From Phoronis australis (Eukaryota > Animalia > Phoronida), in contig NMRA01000792.1 of the NCBI GenBank assembly GCA_002633005.1, positions 47,271 to 110,837 on the forward strand: a DNA stretch of 63,567 bases, read 5' to 3'. Within the stretch, counting starts at the first letter, position 1. Every line of letters begins with the position of its first letter. Below, in pieces: positions 45,401-58,800 of this stretch. The translations under genes and the position numbers were made by a program. The notes beneath the pieces are model-generated. The model was not told the origin of the DNA. It saw only the letters and a list, made by a program, of their open reading frames with translations, and made no database searches.

Positions 45401-48400
45401 GAAAATGCAGTAGCAACATTCGGACAGACTATATTTCAGTTTTTGCGTTTCCACAAGTGGCACGGTCTAAATCCTCACAAAGTGTAAAAATGCATTGCAG
45501 GAACGTTTTAAAAAATTGGAACACGGCTGAAGTTTCCTCACAAAACCTGTGTAGGCTAGTTATGACATTCGAGACTGCAAGTTGATGATTGACAAATATG
45601 TATGACAGAAATGTCAGACCCCGTGTTGTTTGTAAAAAGATTGTTGTGTAACGATTAAGTAGAAATGAATTAAAATCACGAGTTGATAGCATCTGGTGCC
45701 CAATTAAAGATTGTGAGGTCATGTGCTTTGCTTGCAATGCGTGGCAATCATGATCTCGCAGCATAAACTGGCAGTATGAGGAAACCTGCTTTTGATAGGT
45801 GAAGTAGGTGAAACCCCTAAAACATAATTTAAAGCGGAACCGATACTAACCTTACTTGGGAGGGCGATGCAGCAGAACTCGTGATGCGCGTGATGACCTT
45901 GCATCTTACACCGTTCACAAAGGTCAAAGTTAGGACAGTCGGTGCATTTGTAACGGGCGCCGTGCACAAGACGGGTGCACCCGTCACATGTTATGCCGGG
46001 TTGACAAATTGTGCTTCTTATAGGTACTGGAAGCAGAAATGACAATCTAACCAGTCATCGAACTATAGCGGCGTGGGCGTAAGATTATCCTGGGGACAAA
46101 AAAGTGGAACTTCTGCAGGCGAACATTATCTAACCGGCAGGCCGCGTGAGGGCTTTACCATTGGTAGATACAGTGCAAGTATGCGGAGTAGAAAATTGGT
46201 CGTGACCAGGATGAATTTTATCTTCTCACTTAGGATTTTTCACCACTTGGTTTTTGTCTCGAGATGTGTCGGTATGGCCTTGGATGTCCCTGCAAAGGTA
46301 TTTTGCTGGTCTAGATTTTGGATGCAGTCAACATGTATAGAAGAACAAATCTTTATGTGATTGAAATGCCGAGAGTTGGGGCTCATCGGTAAAATGCCGA
46401 GCCTGAATTGGTAAGGGAATTCTTAAAAGGACTAAAACCTGTTTCGTTTTTGCAATTTCAACCAATCGTTTTGTCGCGTACTAAGTGCATCACTGGCGTG
46501 TCACGGCTTGAGTAACAAAAGCAGGGTTAACAAAAAACACTTACTCACTCTGTGACAAAAATGATGTTAAGGTTCTTCGTTGGCGGTCTTTCCACAATTG
46601 TCGTGTAACTACTCTTACAGCGTATGCCACGCTTGTTACTAAACATTCTTTTTTCAAAGAGAGTTGGCTGGGGAAAGTTAATAGGCACAGTTGGAACCTT
46701 AAAACGAGTGTATCCTTTGTGCGTTAAACTTTCTTGTAGGTTTTTGTCAAATGTAATTATTTTTAAATAGTTATGATCAAAACCTCATGCAGCAAAGTCA
46801 TAATTGTTTTAGTTCAGCCGTGGGGAGGAGCTCCAGCATGGTTTTGGTGCTCATAAAATGTTGTTGTTCCGGCACGTTAGAGTTCATAATTACATTTCAT
46901 AACACGTTGCAGGTCACAACAGAAAACGCATTACCACCAAGACCCTACAGCTAGGATTTCCCTATGAATAAAACTTCAACTAGAAGTGGCTCACACGATG
47001 AAGGAACAATTAGCTCCCTTTCCGGTAAGCCCAAGTCCCACTTCTTTGAAAGAACAATGGTTTAGATCCGTTTTTTAGCAGAAACTCTTGCTTTAGTTTC
47101 AAAGCTTAAGGGGAGATTGTTGACTGAGAGATCTTTTGTCAATAAATACTGACAAGGCTTTGGTGTAGAAATGGTAAGAATTTGTGAATGAATGAAGAAA
47201 CGGCAGAGATTTGAAAACAGCTTTTCTCAACTTGCGCCCCCACAAGTCTTCTTCTTAAACGAAAAATAATACAATTTCTTCTTTGTCGCTCACTATTCGC
47301 TGCCTGGCCGATCACACAGAGAGTTAACGAAACTGGAACGAAACAAAACATAATTTTAATCAGTCTTTAGTAAATCTAGCCAATAGGAGAACCATAAATT
47401 AATCACAAAAACAAAGCCACGGCAACCGAGGTGTTCAGTACTAGAAAAAGGAACTGGATGACCAAAAACATGTAGTGAGAAAATTTCGCCAACGGGGGTA
47501 ATGGTCAATTAGGGCCCGCCAAATTGCAGTCGTCTCTGCTGACATATCAATAATTAAATCAAAAGATGGCTTTGTATTACGCTTAATCTTTAGAGGCCTA
47601 AAAGGTGACTACTGGTAAATATGTCAGGAGTTCCACAATCAGCGGTGACGTCATGTGGTGCGGAACGCTAAACGATTCTAAAAAGCATTGTCTGTCACGT
47701 GCCACTTTAGTCACCAGAAGTCAGTGAGATTCTGATACGTATGATTGCTCTCATATTCTGAAAGTTAAAAAGATAAGCGATTTAATTATTTAGTCGTTTC
47801 TTGAAATTTGACTTCGACCATCGAATGGATTCATTAATCATTGGGATTTGCAAAAGAAACCGCTAGCAGCCAATGTTGTCCATAGAGGGCACTGGCGGCT
47901 AATAAGGGAAATAGCAACACTAGCTTGAAAGAAACCTACCTTACGTTGAAAGAAGAAGCATGCGAATGCGTGTTCTCTGTGGATCTTCTGACGTTTGCAA
48001 CGTTCGCACAAATCATAGTCCGGGCATTGTAGGCACGTGTAGCGTCTACCAATAATAGAGCCGCTACAGTTATTACACGAAACGTCGTTGTGTAAGACCC
48101 CCGCTGGCTTTGCGTCACTTTCATCCGCTGGGGAATAAAATGCTGGTTAGGCCAAAAAATATCATGATCGTTTCTGGTTAAAAGTTGAAATGAGTTAATC
48201 TGGAAAAATAATCAGCGTTCGAAATGCACGCTGGCCTGGTGGCCCGGGGTGCGGCCAGGCCATTAACTTTGAACATATAGGCCCTGTGTGGATGTGGTCT
48301 AATATTTAATTAATTCAAAAAAGGTCTATTAAACTAATTTTGTTTGCTTCTCATCTCTTGAACGTCAACGAGTTTGAACCTTGAGGGTAATAAATCCGGG

Positions 48401-48912
48401 ATAGCCCTATTCACTTTGTTAACTCATAACCCTGGAATGCCAATTACTCCCGCGCGCATTTGGGTACCCGAGACTAGCCGCGGCTGTTTGCACTACTCGA
48501 CTGTGAGTTTTAATCGATATTGTAGTAACCAAATGAAGCCCAATTTCACGACTTCATTTTCATTTTGTTATAATTGTTTTGCTTTACTAGATACGGTTCC
48601 ACACAATCAGCGGTTTCTCGGCAAAATTAGTCAACAAGCACGACGTTTTCACTGGCCATTCTTTATAAGCACCGACCTGCCGCCCTGTCAGTGGAAGCCG
48701 GAAGTAGTTTGGCCTCTGATATCATTTTAGCTCCAGTCGCAGAACCTATGATAGTAGACTACATGCCAGGATTTTTTCAACACGACATTTTGGATGTTAA
48801 AATCATGTTACAATATTTTACAGAAAGATAGTTGATCTAAATGAAAAGTTCAGGCCTCAAAAACAGGTGTGTTAACATAACTTTAAAAAAACATTACTCA
48901 TAGATAAGTGAA

Positions 48913-48960
<48 letters not shown>

Positions 48961-51900
48961 TGAGTGAGTGCGTGCGAGCGCGTGTGCATGTATTATTACT
49001 GTTTTCAATATTTTCTATAATTCATTTCTGCAATATTTACCTCCCAATTGCCGTTTTCTTGTTCCTTCCATTTCTGAGAAGTCGGCCTACTGTTATCTGT
49101 AGCATTTAAACATACCCGCAAAATAAAGTTTTAAAGAATGAAAAGAGCCCAATCCAGTCCTCATGCTGCTGACGACGTACAGTGCATTTGCCAATTGCTC
49201 CGCTCTTGTTGACCCACTTTTTAATTTTTCCCGCCATCCATCCCGCCACACCATCTACATGTCACGCTTTTTGACTAACGGCCAAATTGACATATTATCA
49301 TATACTATGGTAATTTCCCACGCAACATAGTTATATTTTCCCTCTGGATTAAGGAGTAAAAAGAGATGTTACATGGTTTTTTGCGCACTTGCAATTTCCC
49401 ATTGAATTACAAACAACAACAACAAAAAAAACGCTGTCTGGCATTTTGTATGTTACATCCCCCGTTCGACGAAAAACGTTGTCGGCACGTCTTTGTGTTG
49501 CAGCGAATCGGTACTTCTTTATGTGTTGCAGCGAACATTTTACCCTCCTTTTTGGCTTCGGCCCAGATCTCTCGCTTTTTATCCAAATTCCGCTTTTCAA
49601 CATTACGGCGTTTTCCCCGTTGCTCCCAGCTTGTTCGATTCTGTAGCCCAACAACAAGTTGTGAAGTTTACCCCTATAGCCAACATCTTACACGACTGAT
49701 TAACTCCATTCTGGAATTTATGGTTGGATGGCCAGCTCTCTTTTGGTCGATAATTGATCTAATCTCCAATAAATCGTATTTACCCTAACTGGCCTGTGCT
49801 GTAAAAATGAAAGTTAAGTTATAACATATTTGAACATAAACCAATAGCATTTCTGAAATCTTGGTCCAACTGCAACCGAAGTTGCGACAATCTATTCTTT
49901 CCGAATACATCAATTCACTCTGAGTTTGACTGTGTTCACACGTGGTCTGTAATAAGCCAGGTAGATAATTGACCTGCTTGTTGTCATAACAGACAAAAGA
50001 GTGCGCTTGGCAGTTAACAAAGAAGTTGCATGTAAATGTTATCACACCCTCAGAATCCCCTTCTGGTAAAGCCACTGAACGGGAAAACGCTGTCACGTTC
50101 AGAAGTTCTGCTCCTTCATTCTTGAATGTTGACCGTGACGACTATGCAAGAGGTGTTCAAAATAATTTTACAGTCTCTTTTTGTCAACATTTTAATTTCT
50201 AGGGTTCACTTTCTTTGGCAACATAGCAATCGTAACAATGTGTTCCAATGTCTCTTGTTTACGGTAACTTACATTATACATGTATGTATCAAGATCACTA
50301 AATTTTACTTTCTGAGAAAAAGAGTTTATTTCTAAACTATTATGGAAAGTCCTGCACTGCAAGCAACGTGATGGGCTATTCACAGTACATTTCAAACCTG
50401 TGTGATGAATGTTTGCCCTAATTTTTATGTATCAGAAAACCTTTCTCTGCAAATTTTGGATAGAGTAATTTATCGCATTCTTCGTAAATGTCACTGCATT
50501 CTGAATTTTTACTGAATAATTGTATCAAAAGGCATCAATATGAATAAGGATGTATAACTTTAGACCAGTGCCTCTCTAAATCATCCACTGACAGCAAGCG
50601 TAGGGATCCATATTCTAAAATATTTGTCTTAATATAGGGTAGAAATTTTTGAATCATTGAAATTATTTCCGTAGTGGCTTAACTAGTCGTTTACATAACA
50701 TCTCTGTTTCATTTCCTTTTTATGTTACTATTACATACTGTTATTTTTCGCATTTTGTTAACCCTCTTGGTTTTTAGAATTAAAAATATTTTAAACCAGT
50801 CAAGTATGCGAAATAATGAGTTAAATTAGTTATCTTTTGCTTCTGATATAATCATCAAGAACTGAAAAAGGGCTTTCTAATGATGTGGCTATTATGAAAT
50901 TCAGTTGAAAAAACGGAGTGAGTTGCGAAAGGTTTTAATGACAATAAATTCCATAGCAAGTACACACACCGGAACAAAGGAATGAAAACAACTCTCACGC
51001 ATGCGCGGCGCAACCTCAGAGACTGCGAGATCGCCGGGAGTTGGCATGATTCCAGGGCTAAAGTTAGGGGCTTTTATTTCGTAACCAGACCTTACGTGGT
51101 GTTTACGTATACATCCCAGTTACCATGGATCAACTCCTCACCTAGAGTGAATAGCATAACAAATATTGTTCTCGAGCACATGCGCATTAAGTGAACAGGA
51201 TAATGAAAAACGTAGCTAAGATGGTAAAAGTAGGGCCAGCAACTTGGCAGGGCATTTATTTGCTGAAGTCCGGAGAGCTTAATTACAGCGGTAACGTTTA
51301 TACCTTTAATGTAGATCTTGAGTTCCTTTCTAGAATGGCTGTCAAAGGCTTGATCAAGTTGTTCACTATTCTCCAGTACTCTGTACTCGCCATCATCACC
51401 TGAAAAAAGTGCGTGAGAGCTCTGAGATCCGTTCGGCATAAAAGATACTTATCTCAGAGAAATTTGGTTTTACGCCGGCTCGCGCTTTCCAAATAATGAT
51501 TAGAAGTTCACCCAAGTGATTACGAACACCGCATCACTGACTATAAAAATCGCAAACATTTTTCAAGTCTGGTCGTCGGGCCACCCGAGTGGCCACATCT
51601 AGTGACCTACTGAATATGTGAAACGATTTCTGTCCCGACCAACAGGTACCTTCCTTACAGACGCTACAGTCCACTAAGCCATCACCGGACCGCATACGGT
51701 CAAATTCAAAATTCCAAACAGACTTAGTAGTGGGCGTATCTCGCCCTTAGAACTGTACATCGCGAGCATTTTTAAGTCTGGTCAACACGGGCGTGCGTTC
51801 AATAGACGCTAGGACCTACGCTAGGACCTAGCTAAAATCTAGTCAAGATCACGTGTTTTCATTTAAAATACACGACAACATCTCACGTAATCTCGCGAAG

Positions 51901-54900
51901 TCTTGCTTTTTAGCGAGGTCCTAGCGTTACTGAACGGGAGGCAGTAGATGTGTGGTCACATCACGTGACCTAAAGAACATAAGACTGCCTTATTGGATTT
52001 CTGTATAAACCGGTGGTCCCGATGACTCAGTGGAGTGAAGGAGCTTCTGCACGGTTAGCAGAAGGTCCCAGTTGGGGCAGAAATCTTTACAGGGTTATAC
52101 TCTCTACTACGTTTATATTTGTTAGGTCATATGATGTGACCACAGGTGACGTGCAGGTCAGACTTAAAAATTTTGCGATTACATTTCCACGCTTGTTTAA
52201 GAATTTCACATTCATACTGTATAGATTAGAAATAATTTATCGAAATTATCTGTTATTATCAGTTTTGTGTACATGTAATTATATTCTCAAAGATTTTGAA
52301 CTTTTGCTCAAGTTAGATTCAACTATTTTTCTAAAATAGTCGTGCCAAAAGTAACACCAAAGTTCATGAACTGTACCCCAGGGTGACCCTCGTCAATATG
52401 CCTTTGTACACTTCCCTAAAATTAATGATTTGAGAAATAATACCTAAGCTTACTGTTAATTTAAAGTTTTTGAGAATAACATAAATGNAAAGAAGTTATA
52501 TGTTATCACACCCTCAGAAGCCCCTTCTTCTGGTAAAGTCACTGAACGGGAAAACGCTGTCATGTTCAGAAGTTCTGCTCCTTCATTCTTGAATGTTGAC
52601 CGTGACCACTATGCAAGAGGTGTTCAAAAATAAATTTGTCTCTTTTTGTCAACGTTTTAATTTCCAGGGTACACTTTCTTTGGCAACATAACAATCGTAA
52701 CAATGTGTTCCAATGTCTCTTGTTTACGGTAACATACATTATACATGTATGTATCAAGATCACTAAATTTTACTTTCTGAGAAAAAGAGTTTATATCTAA
52801 ACTATTATGGAAAGTCCTGCACTGCAAGCAACGTGATGGGCTATTCACAGTACATTTCAAACCTGTGCGATGAATGTTTGCCCTAAGTTTTATGTATTAG
52901 AAAACCTTTCTCTTCAAATTTTGGATAGAGTAATTTATCGCTTTCTTCGTAAATGTCACTGCATTCTGAATTTTTTCTGAATAATTGTATCAAAAGGCAT
53001 CAATATGAATAAGGATGTATGACTTTAGACCAGTGCCTCACTAAATCATCAACAGCAAACGTGGGGATCCATATTCTAAAATATTTGTCTTAATATAGAG
53101 TAGAAATTTTTTAATCATTGAAATTATTTCCGTAGTGGCTTAACTAGTCGTTTATATAACATCTCTGTTTCATTTCCTTTTTATATTACTATTACATACT
53201 GTTATTTTTCACATTTTGTTAACCCTCTTGGTTTTTAGAATTAAAAAATATTTTAAACCAGTCAAGTATGCGAAATAATGAGTTAAATTAGTTATTATCG
53301 TTTGCTTCTGATATAATCATCAAGATCTGACAAACGGCTTTCTAATGACATGGCTATTATGGAATTCAGTTGAAAAAACGGCGGGAGTTGCGAAAGGTTT
53401 TAATGACAATAAATTCCATAGCAAGTACACACACCGGAACAAAGGAATGAAAACAACTCTCACGCAAGCGCGGCGCAACCTCAAAGACTGCGAGATCGCC
53501 GGGAGTTGGCATTATTCCAGAGCTAAAGTTAGGGGCTTTTATTTCGTAACCCTACGTGGTGTTTACGTATACATCCCAGTTACCATGGATCAACTACTCA
53601 CCTAGAGTGAATAGCATAACAAATATTGTTCTCGAGCACATGCGCATTTAGTGAACAGGATAAATAAGAAAAACGTAGCTAAGATGGTAACAGTAGGGCC
53701 AGCAACTTGGCAGGACATTTATTTGCTGAAGTCCGGAGAGCTTAATTACAGCGGTAACGTTTATACCTTTAATGTAGATCTTGAGTTCATTTCTAGAATG
53801 GGTGTCAAAGGCTTGATCAAGTTGTTCAGTATTCTCCAGTACTCTGTACTCGCCATCATCTCCTGAAAAAAGTGCACTGTGAGCTCTGAGATCCGTTCGG
53901 CATAAAAGATACTTATCTCAGAGAAATTTGGTTTTACGCCGGCTCGCGCTTTCCCAATAATGATTAGAAGTTCACCCAAGTGATTACGAACACCGCATCA
54001 CTGACTATAAAAATCGCAAACATTTTTCAAGTCTGGTCGTCGGGCCACCAGTGGCCACATCAAGTGACCTACTGAAACGATTTCTACCCCGAACAACAGG
54101 TACCTTCCTTGCATACGCTCCCGTCCACTGAGCCATCACCGGACCACATATGGTCAAATTCAGAATTCCAATCGGACTTAGTAGGCATATCTCGCCCTTG
54201 GAATGTACATCCAACATTTTTAAGTCTGGTCAACACGGTAGATGTGGCCACATCACGTGACCTAAGGAATATATGACTGCCTGATTGGATTTCTGTATAA
54301 ACCGGTGGTCCCGATAGCTCAGTGAACTGAAGGAACGTCTGCACGGTTAGCAGAAGGTCCCAGTTGGGGCAGAAATCTTTACAGGGTTATTCTCTCTACG
54401 TTTATATTCACTAGGTCATATGATGTGACCACGTGTGGCGTGCAGGTCAGGCTTAAGAACTTTGCGATTATAAATGTTTTTCCACGCTTATTTCATGTTT
54501 ATATAGAGTAGAAATAATTTATCGAAATTACCTCAGTTATTATCAGTTTTGTGTAACTATATTCTCAAAGATTTTGAACTTTTGCTCAAGTTAGATTTAA
54601 TTATTTTTGTAAAATAGTAAAGTAACACCAAATTTCGTGAACTGGACCGGCCAGGGTGGCCCTCGTCAATATGCCTTTGTACACTGTTCTCAAAAATAAT
54701 AAATTTACAAATAAAATCTAAGCTTACTATGAACTTTCAAATCCTAACTTTCGTTAATTTAAAGTTTTTGAGAATAATATGGAAGACTTTTTATCCTGGT
54801 CAAAGAGTATTAATTTCATCCGGGCGAACAGAGTACATACACTTGTTGCGTACTGAATGAGCTCAAGAAATATCTGCCTAAGTTTATTTGCATTTACTAC

Positions 54901-55359
54901 GATTTACTTCCCTACGGGCCTCCATAGCACAATAAAACGCCCCAGCTGTAAGTAAGACCCGTACGAACTGTTCAAAGCTATGTTCGCGCTTCTAACTCTA
55001 ATCTATGTTCTTACCGTCTCACCGTGCCCCAGAGACGGTAATTAAGACAAAAAGAATCGTCTGTGTTGCCTGCCTCTTGGGGGCCAAGTTTCCAAAAGCC
55101 ATTATAGTCTGTACAATTATTTGTAGCAATGTACAGTGAATAAGTGTACAGTCAAGTTGATATTACCTGCCCAGCGAAGACTGAATGCCTTCCCTCTCAA
55201 AATCGGGAAAGCCTCCACACACAATTTCTGCCGAAATGCCTCCATTTTGAGGTTAGAGACCAAGGTCAATTTTTCTCTGTCGACATCCAAAGTTCGACAA
55301 GCGACATCTTTGTCCGTTCCAGATTGCAGGAAAGCCTTGACTTGAATAGGTTGGGACAT
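42463..55359 (-). CDS. Gene B: p62/SQSTM1-like PB1 + three ZZ + C-terminal LIR-like motif, about 284 aa, no UBA
   Basis: complement(join(42463-42489,43109-43293,45856-46026,47945-48127,53767-53862 or 51304-51399,55167-55359)); phases 1,1,1,1,0; 855 nt; same exon layout as gene A. Confidence 0.85.
43109..43293 (-). CDS. Gene B exon 5, ZZ3 (185 nt)
   Basis: YHHGFTCGFCNAAICGIRFECLQCIGYNLCYQCRTNGVHKQHQFKCLQFPQTDDE; GAG|GTGCGT donor. Confidence 0.9.
44385..44486. repeat. (TACA)n microsatellite
   Basis: Direct reading. Confidence 0.95.
45856..46026 (-). CDS. Gene B exon 4, ZZ2 (171 nt)
   Basis: CQPGITCDGCTRLVHGARYKCTDCPNFDLCERCKMQGHHAHHEFCC; same length as gene A exon 4. Confidence 0.9.
47945..48127 (-). 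CDS. Gene B exon 3, ZZ1
   Basis: DESDAKPAGVLHNDVSCNNCSGSIIGRRYTCLQCPDYDLCERCKRQKIHREHAFACFFFQ, a frame not shown in the ORF track; TTCCCCAG acceptor. Confidence 0.9.
48913..48990. repeat. (TG)n microsatellite
   Basis: Direct reading. Confidence 0.95.
49601..50097. mobile_element. MITE, same family as 2280-3372
   Basis: Starts CATTACGGCGTTTTCCCCGTTGC and ends GAACGGGAAAACGCTGTCA; colinear with 2556-3099. Confidence 0.8.
51304..51399 (-). CDS. Gene B exon 2, copy b (96 nt; duplicate or second haplotype)
   Basis: GDDGEYRVLENSEQLDQAFDSHSRKELKIYIK; three amino-acid differences from copy a, splice sites intact. Confidence 0.75.
51790..51943. mobile_element. MITE insertion present in only one copy of the duplicated segment
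   Basis: Copy 2 reads CAACACGGTAGATGTG (54231-54246) uninterrupted, whereas copy 1 has the element between CAACACG and GTAGATGTG. Confidence 0.85.
53767..53862 (-). CDS. Gene B exon 2, copy a (96 nt, PB1 C-terminal half)
   Basis: GDDGEYRVLENTEQLDQAFDTHSRNELKIYIK. Confidence 0.85.
55167..55359 (-). CDS. Gene B exon 1, PB1 N-terminal half
   Basis: MSQPIQVKAFLQSGTDKDVACRTL...FRQKLCVEAFPILRGKAFSLRWA (compare p62 LTVKAYL); G|GTAATA donor. Confidence 0.87.
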
Positions 55360-55471
55360 GTTGCGAATCGCTTCAAGTGACTCCAACCTCCAACATAAAC
55401 TGATCAATTGACTGGTGAAATGACATGGAGATGATTGTTGACTTCTGGTGATTCAAATGTGGAAATCCAGC

Positions 55472-55536
55472 GGGATTTTCTAAATTTTTGTTACATACCC
55501 AATGAGTGTGTTTACAACGCCGCATGGGATTTTCCC
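55472..55536. promoter_or_regulatory. NF-kappaB/Rel sites upstream of gene B
   Basis: GGGATTTTCCC (55526-55536, consensus) and GGGATTTTCT (55472-55481, one mismatch). Confidence 0.7.
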
Positions 55537-55568
55537 AACCTACCAAAAATAGCGAATCTCCTTAAATC

Positions 55569-55580
55569 GAAACTGAAAAC
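55569..55580. promoter_or_regulatory. ISRE/IRF-like site upstream of gene B
   Basis: GAAACTGAAAAC fits GAAANNGAAA. Confidence 0.62.
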
Positions 55581-55808
55581 AAATCGCGCCGGAGTATGGC
55601 GTGCTGCTGTCAAGGAAAACTAAAGTTGTCTAGAGTTGAATCAACGTCAGTTCAGTATCGTCGAGAAAAGCCACTGCAATTTATTATTTATGTGCGAGAT
55701 ATTGAGTTTCCACAATAATGCACGTCTTTATCAGTCCCACCACGCATGGGTTTCATGTTGAGTAGGCGTTATTTAGCAAACGCAGGGGCAGGTAATACTT
55801 TAGACTGC

Positions 55809-55839
55809 GCAATGAGCTATACCTGGTATAGCTCATTGC
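55809..55839. repeat. Palindrome with 15-bp arms
   Basis: GCAATGAGCTATACC-T-GGTATAGCTCATTGC. Confidence 0.85.
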
Positions 55840-58800
55840 ATTGAACTAGTGTGTTTCATCCAGCACAACGCATGTTGGAAAACACCAAAACAATTGAAGA
55901 TGCGGTTAGTACAGAATTAATTGACAATGACGATAAAAAGTGCAACTTGCATTTGCTCGATTATGAATCAATAGCAAATGCTTAAAATTATTCTTAAATT
56001 TGCCTAAAGTGAGTACTTTCCGTATTGTTTTCACCACGAGATATGTTTTTGCTTCAAATTTCAAAAGCTAGATGGAAAAATTATGATGAATTTAAAATAT
56101 GTACGTTGTTCACTCTGCAGAGGATACGCCGATCTCAAAACATTTCATTTTGCATAAGATCACGGGAAAACAGACAGCAAGGCTGCACGCACTGTGCAAC
56201 TATGTACAAAAATTAAATTTTCATATCTCGGTGGTCTTACAAATCGATACTTTGGAAATGCGAGTGTAGGTAAGTCTTTGTTACTCTCTCACAGTTTGAC
56301 CAATATGTAGTACACGGTCAGAAAACAATCAATGCGGCGCGACAACGCGATTGGGGGAGGGGGGGGGATAAAATTCAGAGACAAGCTTGCGCCACAGTTA
56401 TAAGTATCGTGCTAACTGCATACCAATTACTGTTCACAATTTCAAGATTCCCAAAGATGAGAGAGAAATAACCAACAATACATTTAGACATCAATTCCAT
56501 AGAACAACGATTCATTATTTTCAATCAATACAAAAATAAACTCATACACATTCATAGTCACAAGAATTATTTGATGGTCATTAAACCTGCTATCAAGGTA
56601 TTCTGGTCACAAAATCCTTTACCAAGGTTATGTAGGGCCTCGTGGAAAATTGTATAGTAAGCTAAATATGTACAAAACTAAAGATTTTGACCCAGTATAA
56701 ATATATATTTCAAAAATTAGAAACCTATAAAAATTGATTTTTGATTTTATACCAATCTGCCACTACTTGGGTAAAATGACAAAGCGTTTTTTTAAAACTA
56801 AGAAAAAAGGGAGAAACTTAAGGTACATGTACAAGGCAAAGCAACGTAACCTCAATTACACATCAGATTTTGTTTGATATAGAAGATGAAATAACAAAAA
56901 CTCGTTAACAACCCATGCTTTATGCAAAGCTTAGATGTCTTTTTAGAGATCGTTTGAAAAAATCCTAATTGAGTTTTAGAGAGTAGTATACATGTATAAA
57001 GTATAGTATCTGAAAGTTTCATATCGCATACGCTTCGAATTCTTCAGTTTCTTTCATTTTTCGGCAGATTTTTTTTAAATACTTCACCCAGACTGTTCAC
57101 GTATCGGATCACATCCTACATGTATGTGTCTATGTTCTTGTGCGTTATGTTACAAGTTTTCTCTAGGAAAAGAAAGTTTTAAATGTCACAATTTATTACT
57201 TGAAAAGAGATAACAAAGATGAAAGCAACGGTAATTGTGCATTGAGCTTGCACATTTGCTGAATTTGGAACCTGAGTTACAGACGATATGATATTTAGCA
57301 ACTGAAACTGAGACAAAAGTGTAATATGATGAACAGTTTTGTACCAGATGTTATGTTTAGGACCTGATTGCATGTTGAGAGTTATTTGTACCACTGAAAT
57401 TTTATATTGGGGAAAATTTGATGATACAACTGGCTAACGATGTCGAGTCGACCTTTATCTATCTTTTGAACTTTCCATGTCGGGAGGGCACTGTTAAAAT
57501 ACATGTACTCCCGAGAGTGCAATACGGAAAACAATATCACGTGGCCGCATTGTACTCGACTTAATCATGGCGTATGTTATAAAAGATCACATGCTATGAC
57601 AAAAGAAAAATAGATAGAGAATATGTGCAAAGACTTTATTTTAAACAAAACTGTAAATGTGGATGACAATCTACATGCACGAGTGATAAGAAAGGACGAT
57701 GCGTACGCTGACAACATCGTTGAGAGCTGAACCCATGCTTACAGTTTTTAACATTCACCCCAAAGGTTTTGCACTAAAATTGCGTTTTGTAAGGCGTAAG
57801 AGTTATTGCAGTTCGTGGTATATGAGATTTTTCGGAAGAATGATAAAGGTTGCGTAAGTTCTAGTTGTAAAGCCTTACGTAACTACATGCATAAAAATGG
57901 AACGAACCGAGAACAGTGTGCTTTTCAAAACAAAAACCTCCCTTGAACATTTTGTTTCCTCAATTGTTTTGTTTTCAGTCCGACACTCTACTTGCACAGG
58001 TCGATAAATTTTACCTGCAATCCAGTTTCACCAACGAAATGTCAATTTCAGTTTGGTAATGAAAACTCCCCGGGTGTTTTTGTCCGCGACCGACTGACAC
58101 TCAGTTCCCGGATATAGCTGACTTCTCTTTGCTTTCACGTGCGTTGTTATATCGTTTCTGTGTTCGGCAATAATTTGTTATAGAGGTAATCGCTTGTTTG
58201 TGGTTTAAAGTATGAAACAGCATATTTTTCACAGATTTAATAATAATTACTTGTTGACAGTGACGGCGTACAGAAAACGGGATTAAACGACATTAAAGAG
58301 CTTTTATCGTAAGTACTTAGCAGTGAGCGAAAAAGGTGCTGGTTTAAATACGGCGTATATGAACAGTGTAAAATTAAAAAATGCACAAACACCAAGAACT
58401 AATCCTTAACCTCTAGAAGCAAGAAAACCAAAATTCAGATGGTAACATACTTTAGAGCCCCATGGTAACATGCAGATCTAAATGCAAGCTAAATGTGCTG
58501 TCAATTTTAAGTACTTATTATCTCTTTCAGGCGCATCAAACGTCAGAATCATTTGTTGTAAGCCAACACTAGGGGCCGCTGAATGCGGTACGACTACTAG
58601 CTCCAGAGGCCGTATGTTCAGACGTATTATGGGGCTTCAGTACCAACCCCTAGCGATCATTTCGGTTTTGATAACTGGGCTTCGTTTCTTCTATAATCCT
58701 TTCTCATACATTTTCTCCTCGCAGAACAATTTTTAGTGGTATCACGACATCTCGACTTTAACAACATGAGAGTTTGGCCTTTCCAGGTGAGTCGTACCAG

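Larger units (their letters stand above)
50030..54780. repeat. Near-identical tandem duplication of about 2.3-2.45 kb containing gene B exon 2
   Basis: 50030-52487 is repeated at about 52489-54780; a single N at 52488 marks the junction. Confidence 0.92.

Noticed and set aside
54305-54385. tRNA gene (GGTCCCGATAGCTCAGTG...; similar near 52015, 34290 and 37960)
   Set aside because: Only partial A- or B-box similarity and no cloverleaf; more likely decayed SINE heads.
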